This document shows, piece by piece, positions 58,905 through 64,000 of a stretch of 64,000 nucleotides of DNA (position 1 is the first letter of the stretch; the number at the start of each line of letters is the position of its first letter). Location: NCBI RefSeq assembly GCF_018977255.1, contig NW_024704746.1, forward strand, positions 4,216,001 to 4,280,000, given 5' to 3'. The translations under genes and the position numbers were made by a program. A model generated the notes under the pieces. That model had not been told where the DNA came from, did no database searches, and was given only the letters and a program-made list of their open reading frames with translations. The stretch comes from Callorhinchus milii. Taxonomy: Eukaryota.

Positions 58905-60830
58905 AAAACAACAAAATTACATTTGTATAGCGTCTTTCACGTCGGGAAGACGTCCCAAGGCACTGGACAATCAGTGTTTCAGACCTGAGCTGGGGGTCGG
59001 GATTGGGGAGGGTGGAGGGCAGGGGGAGGTAGCAGGGTGATCGAAAGCATGGTCGAAGAGGGTCTTGAGATGGGTCTTGAAGGAAGCAAAGGAGGGAGCG
59101 AGGTGGAGGGACTGCGGGATGGAGTTCCAGAGGGTAAGGGCAGAGTGTCAGAAGGCCCGCCCGCCAATGCTGGGGCAGGCAAGGCGTGGGACGTGAAGCA
59201 AGCCGGAGCCCGCTGAGCAGAGGGAGCGAGCAGGATGGTAGGGGTTAGGAGGTCGCAGAGGTCGGGGGGAGCAAGACCATGGAGAGCTTTGAAGGTGAGG
59301 ACCAGGATCTTGAACTGTATCCTCTAAGTGATGGAAAGCCAATGGAGTCGGGCGAGGATGGGGGTGATAGGGTCATGGAGCCTGGTGCGGTAGAGGACAC
59401 CGGCTGCAGAGTTCTGGATGATCTGCAGCCTGTGGAGGGAAGAGTTGGGGAGGCCCACAAGCAAGGAGTTTGCATAGTCGAGCCTCGATGCGATGAATGC
59501 ACATATATAATGAATGCATGCAGCCTGCGGTGAGAGACAGCGGTGGAGCCGGGGGATGTTGCGGAGGTGGAGAAGGCAGAGTGGGTCATGGCACGGATGT
59601 GGGGTAGAAAGGATAGTTGAGGGTCAAACAGGACACCAGGGTTCTGGAGTGTGCATCCGTGGATGGTGATGCTATCAGCACCTGAGGCTGGAGGCACTGA
59701 CGGGGGCTAATCAAGAGGGTCTTGGTTCTTGTTGACTTTCAACTGAAGAAAGTTATCTCTCATCCAGGACTTGATGTCTGACATGACATTCTGTCAGAAC
59801 AGCAGTGGTCCTGGAGTCAAGAGTGGAGTCAGAGAGGTACAGTTGGGTGTCATCTGCATACATGTGGAAGTTGACCCATGTCTGTGGATGATGTCACCAA
59901 GAGGGAGCATATAGATATTGAAGAGGAGGGGACCGAGGACAGAGCCCCGAGATAGTGCAGGGGCTAGAGGAGAAACCGTTTGTGGAGATGAAGTGGAGGC
60001 GGTGTGAGAGGTACTATCTGAACCATGGATAGAGCCATGAAGGTTCAGGTGAGAGGAGAGATGGTGGATGAGGATAGCGTGGTTGATGTGTCGAAGGCAG
60101 CAGAGAGGTCAAGGAAGATGAGGAGGCAGAGGGAGCCCTGGTCACAGATGGACAGAATGTCATTTGTCACTTGACCAGGGCTGATTCTGTGCTGTGGGCG
60201 GCGAGGAAACCCGATTGGAGGCATTTGTGAAAGGAGTGGCGGGAGAGGAGCAAAGCTGGGAAGCAACAACTCATTCCAGGACCTGGGGGAGGAAAGTGAA
60301 GTTGGAGATGTGGCGGTAGTTTGAGAACAGGAATGGGTCCAGGTTTTTTTTAAGGGTAGGAATGATGACAGCTGTTTGTAAAGAGATGGGAATGGTACCA
60401 GTGGACAGGGAGTTTATGATCTCTGTGAGTAGAGGGGGAAGGGGGTGGAGCTGGAATGTAAGGAGCGGGCTGGGGATGGGGTCAAGGGAGCAGGTGATCG
60501 GTTTCATGTGGGTTATAGTGGTGATGAGAGAGGAGTGGGAGACAGGTTCGAAGGTGTGGAGGGAGGGATTGGTAGAGGCCGGGGTGAGAGGGGGAGATGG
60601 GGATTGGGTGGTAGACGGAAGTGCAGAGGCAGCTGAGCAGATCCCCTCGGCTTTGAATTCGAGGAAGTACAGCATTGATACACATTGGAGGTGAGGATGG
60701 GCGAAGCATGAGAGGGTGGGCGGAAGAGCCAGTTGGTGATGGAGAAGGAGTTTGGGATTGACCTTAGCCTCCAAGATTGCCTTGGAGTAGAACAACTGAT
60801 TTGATGAGCGCGAACCCCTGTCTCGCTTCA
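58905..60830 (-). mobile_element. Degraded L2-clade LINE (RT fragment to 3' tail)
   Basis: Fragments TCSLDPIPS..NYRHISN, LLIFLDLSAAFDT, HMYADDTQLY and GVLFDPQLSF in shifting frames; tail GGGACGTCTTCCCGACGTGAAAGACGCTATACAAATG(TTG)n. Confidence 0.88.
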
Positions 60831-61404
60831 TAGAGATAAGAGGTACGAAGCGTAAGGCACAGGTTTTATGAATGATGAAAACACAAGAGAGGCTGTGAGG
60901 CCGAGACCAGCGGCAGAAGCCGCACAGACTGGAGGTGTGAGGTGAAGGTGGTCAAACCCCACACTACCAAGCGTTCTGCGGAAATCAAGGGAAATTCTGC
61001 TTGACGCAACAAAAGCCGGCAGGAAATTCAGTAGATTGACAGTAACCTTTTCCAGACTCATCTCGCAGTAAAAATAATTATTCTGGCCGAAACACAAAAC
61101 ACTGCAGATGCTGGAATTATTCTGGCATTCGATACAGCATCTTCCACACCAGGAGGACATCTCAGAGCGCCGCATAGGATGCAACTGCAAAGTGTAGTGA
61201 CCGTATTTTGAAGGCAAATAACCATGTCCCCCGTAAACAGTGACTGAAGTGAAGTGATTGCCCGGTTTTATCTGGGAGATTGTTCGTGGGAATAGGAAGG
61301 GAGGCCATTCAGCCCCTCGAGCCTGTTCCGCCACTCTGCGAGATCGTGGCTGATCCGCACCTCAACACCAATTTACCCGCCTTTTGCCCCATATCCCTTG
61401 AATA

Positions 61405-61591
61405 ATCGCTCCAAAACCAAAAACAATAATAAATCGGTCATTTTCAATCCGCGGCTGTTTGTGGGACATTGCTGTGCGCAATTGGCGGCCGCGTTCGCCC
61501 ACAAATATGCAGTCAATTCACTTTACAGTATATTCTGTGAAGCGCTTTGGGACGTCCTCCCGACGTGAAAAGCGCTATATCAGATGCGAGG

Positions 61592-61630
<39 letters not shown>
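61405..61630 (+). mobile_element. SINE 3' portion with (ATT)n tail
   Basis: Family tail GTGAAGCGCTTTGGGACGTCCTCCCGACGTGAAAAGCGCTATATC followed by a long ATT microsatellite. Confidence 0.75.
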
Positions 61631-61632
<2 letters not shown>

Positions 61633-62024
61633 CCCGGACCTGACAAACGTCCACCTCAGCCAACACGCGTTAGGGCCCTGAGGTCTGAGGGGCTTCACTC
61701 GCGGTGGTTTGGCTATTCGGGAAATTTCCCCGAACGCCCCGGCGAACGGCTCCCGAGCGTCAGCCCGGACTGCGGGGCTCAGAGCCCCCACACCCCCCCA
61801 CCCACCCCCACGCACACAGCTCCCCGCGGTGTCGAGTTGGGGGGTCGGGCCGAGGCCTACAGCTCAGAGGCGGCGCCGAGCGGCCTGGGCCCCGGGGAGG
61901 CAGCGGCGGCGCCCTGGAAACCGAGCGCGGCCGGTGACACTCCTCCCCGAGGCCGGGCCCGGAGCGGTACTGGAAGCCGAGGCCTGAGCCGGGCTCCAGG
62001 GCCTCCCACCTCTCGGCTGCTTAC

Positions 62025-62080
62025 CTGATCCCTCGGCCCCGCACCTGCTCTGTGGCCGCCTCCGCTGACAGCCCCGCCAG
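62025..62080 (-). other. Putative noncoding first exon of KEAP1
   Basis: Strong donor CAG|GTAAGC (intron starts 62024) inside a CpG island (~61640-62460), directly downstream of a CCAAT array. Human KEAP1 also has a noncoding exon 1. Candidate exon-2 acceptors at 55642-55643 or 55529-55530. Confidence 0.6.
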
Positions 62081-62432
62081 CCAATCGCAGGCCCGGATCC
62101 TGCAGAGTGACAGCCCCCGCAAGAGTCCAGCCAATCCTAGCCCCGGATCCTGCAGAGTGACAGCCCCATCAGCCAATCACAGCCCGGGATCCTGCAGAGT
62201 GACAGCCCCGCCAGCCAATCACAGCTCGGGATCCTGCAGAGTGACAGCCCCGCCAGCCAATCGCAGCCCCGGATCCTGCAGAGTGACAGCCCCCGCAAGA
62301 GTCCAGCCAATCGCAGCCCCGGATCCTGCAGAGTGACAGCCCCGCCAGCCAATCGCAGCCCGGGATCCTGCAGAGTGACAGCCCCCGCAAGAGTCCAGCC
62401 AATCGCAGCCAAACAAAGGGCGGGGCGGGGCC
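62065..62432 (-). promoter_or_regulatory. Tandem-repeat promoter: 8 CCAAT boxes plus GC box
   Basis: 42/50-bp units with CAGCCAATC at 62081, 62131, 62173, 62215, 62257, 62307, 62349 and 62399; GGGCGGGGCGGGG at 62418-62430. Confidence 0.8.
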
Positions 62433-62649
62433 AGCCGGGGTGAGCGCCCCCCTGTGGGCAATCCTGGCTCTGCACGGCTCAAGGGTCAGACTTGGGAGGG
62501 GAATTGATTGGAAGATACAGTTGGGCATCAGTCCCGTTGCTGATCGTCATCGGCGTCTGTCCCCATTGCTCCACCATCGGAGGTTCGCGTATTCAGCCAC
62601 GACGTCCTGCACCGAGAGGGCGTTGTAAATTGTTGTCGTCATCGGTGCC

Positions 62650-63165
62650 TGTGGAGGAGTCCTGTAGCGTAGTGGGTTAGAGCGCTCGCCTGGCAAGCGA
62701 GAGGACCCGGGTTCGATTCCCGGCAGGTAAGACTGCACAGTCACTACACTTTACAGTGGATTCAGTAAGCGCTTTTGAGACGACTCGAAGACAACGATAA
62801 GTTGCGATATCAAACTTTAGGTGTGGAATCCGGTAGCTCAGCGGTTTGAGCACTCGCCTCGCAAGTGGAGACCTGTGTTGTGTTTCCGGCAGAGAGGAAT
62901 GCGGGACACGTTTCCTCACTCCACACGCCTCTGTTTGCCTAATGTTAGAGTAGGAACCCTGTTGTTAGTCGATTGGTAGACCGCTTTCCGGGGGTAATAA
63001 TTCGTTTTAAAAAAAAGTCACTCAATCCACTGTTATGCGCTGTTTGGCTGCAGCTTTTCGCCCACAAAATATGCAGTCAATTCACTTTACAGTGTATTCT
63101 GCAAAGTGTTTCGAGTCATCTCAAAGATATGGTAAGGATATCAAATGCACGGATTATTATATTAT
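62650..63165 (+). mobile_element. Two adjacent tRNA-derived SINE copies (first internally deleted)
   Basis: Heads at ~62655 (A-box TAGCGTAGTGG, B-box GGTTCGATTCC) and ~62822, each followed by a family tail. Confidence 0.75.
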
Positions 63166-63734
63166 GATAATGTTCCACTTTGTACACTGGATTCCTGCAC
63201 TGAGGAGTTTCCCTGTGGGGAATGTGGCGATGCCATCAGTACCACAACTCTGCAACAGAGGGAGCCATATAAATGGGTGTTGGGAGTGAATTTCTGGCTT
63301 ACAAGCCAACAATTCCTGTTCAATTCCAGGTCAAAAAGTATAATAATATTGTCCACTTTGCCTTTGATCGGTAGTTGCTGTTTAAACTCCACACCTCAAA
63401 CTGGTGGAACCATTGCTCAGTAGGAAGGTCCGTATGCCCGAGCTGCAGACAGGAAGATGGTGGCAATGCTCTCACACATTTCATGCTGAGCTGTGTTGCC
63501 CACCTTCGAAGGAAGTTCCAAGTACCAACAGTCTACCTAGTGAGGGCTCAAACCAACACTTCCCAGATGTCAAATAACCAACTAGTTACTCACCTCCTGG
63601 GGACGAGCACTGCTCTGTCCCAGAGGCACCGACACTGCCTGAAGGTATTCGAGTTGCTGTGTTGACCGCAGACTCACACACTCCGCGGACCGGGATTGAG
63701 GCATTGGCGATGCCCCCATTCCCGTCCGGAGGGC

Positions 63735-64000
63735 AGCTGGAACTGGGCTGGGCTGGGCTGAGCTGGGCTGGAGCTGGGCTGAGCTGGGCTGGAGCTGAGC
63801 TGGGCTGGGGTGGAGCTGGGCTGAGCCGGGCTGGGCTGGGCTGGGCTGAGCTGGGCTGGGCCGGGCTGAGCCGGGCTGGGCTGGAGTGGAGCTGGGCTGA
63901 GCTGGGGCTGGGCTGGGGTGGAGCTGGGCTGAGCTGGGCTGAGCTGGGCTGGGCCGGGCTGAGCCGGGCTGGAGCTGGGCTGGGCTGAGCTGGGCTGGCT
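63735..64000 (+). repeat. G-rich pentamer satellite (GGGCT/GAGCT/GGGGT), runs off the window end
   Basis: Continuous GGGCT, GAGCT, GGAGCT and GGGGT units. Confidence 0.95.

Noticed and set aside
62065-62410. Regularly spaced repeats resembling a CRISPR array
   Set aside because: Vertebrate DNA, no unique spacers (units are contiguous tandem copies), no cas genes.
61459-62528. Several 90-190-aa ORFs in the CpG island and promoter repeat
   Set aside because: Stop-poor GC-rich and tandem-repeat sequence, partly SINE-derived; no protein-like homology recognised.
62654-62727. tRNA-like cloverleaf with A and B boxes
   Set aside because: It is the head of the abundant SINE family: many diverged copies, followed by SINE tail sequence, imperfect acceptor stem. 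Not a tRNA gene.
63659-63988. 109-aa Gly/Trp/Ala/Leu repeat ORF
   Set aside because: Translation of the pentamer satellite.

Overview
Vertebrate genomic DNA. The repeat content (CR1 and L2 LINE fragments, tRNA-headed SINEs with L2-like tails, Deu-domain SINEs) suggests a cartilaginous fish, possibly a holocephalan; this taxonomic call is inference. The window reproduces the gene order of human 1p32.3: 3' end of LRRC42(+), LDLRAD1(-), TMEM59(-), TCEANC2(+), CDCP2(-), CYB5RL(-), MRPL37(+), and SSBP3(-) exons 5-18. I traced all coding exons by hand via GT-AG boundaries and reading-frame continuity. The unexpected element is a complete, intron-containing KEAP1 gene on the same strand as SSBP3. 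It lies just upstream of SSBP3 exon 5, apparently nested in SSBP3 intron 4 (the LUFS exons 1-4 are not in the window). It has its own CpG-island promoter built from a tandem array of 8 CCAAT boxes interleaved with 7 near-ARE motifs. Its exon phases are compatible with KEAP1/SSBP3 chimeric splicing. Nearby are an orphan proline-rich exon-like ORF between KEAP1 and SSBP3 exon 5 and an Ig-switch-like GGGCT/GAGCT repeat at the window end. No prokaryote-type systems are present.
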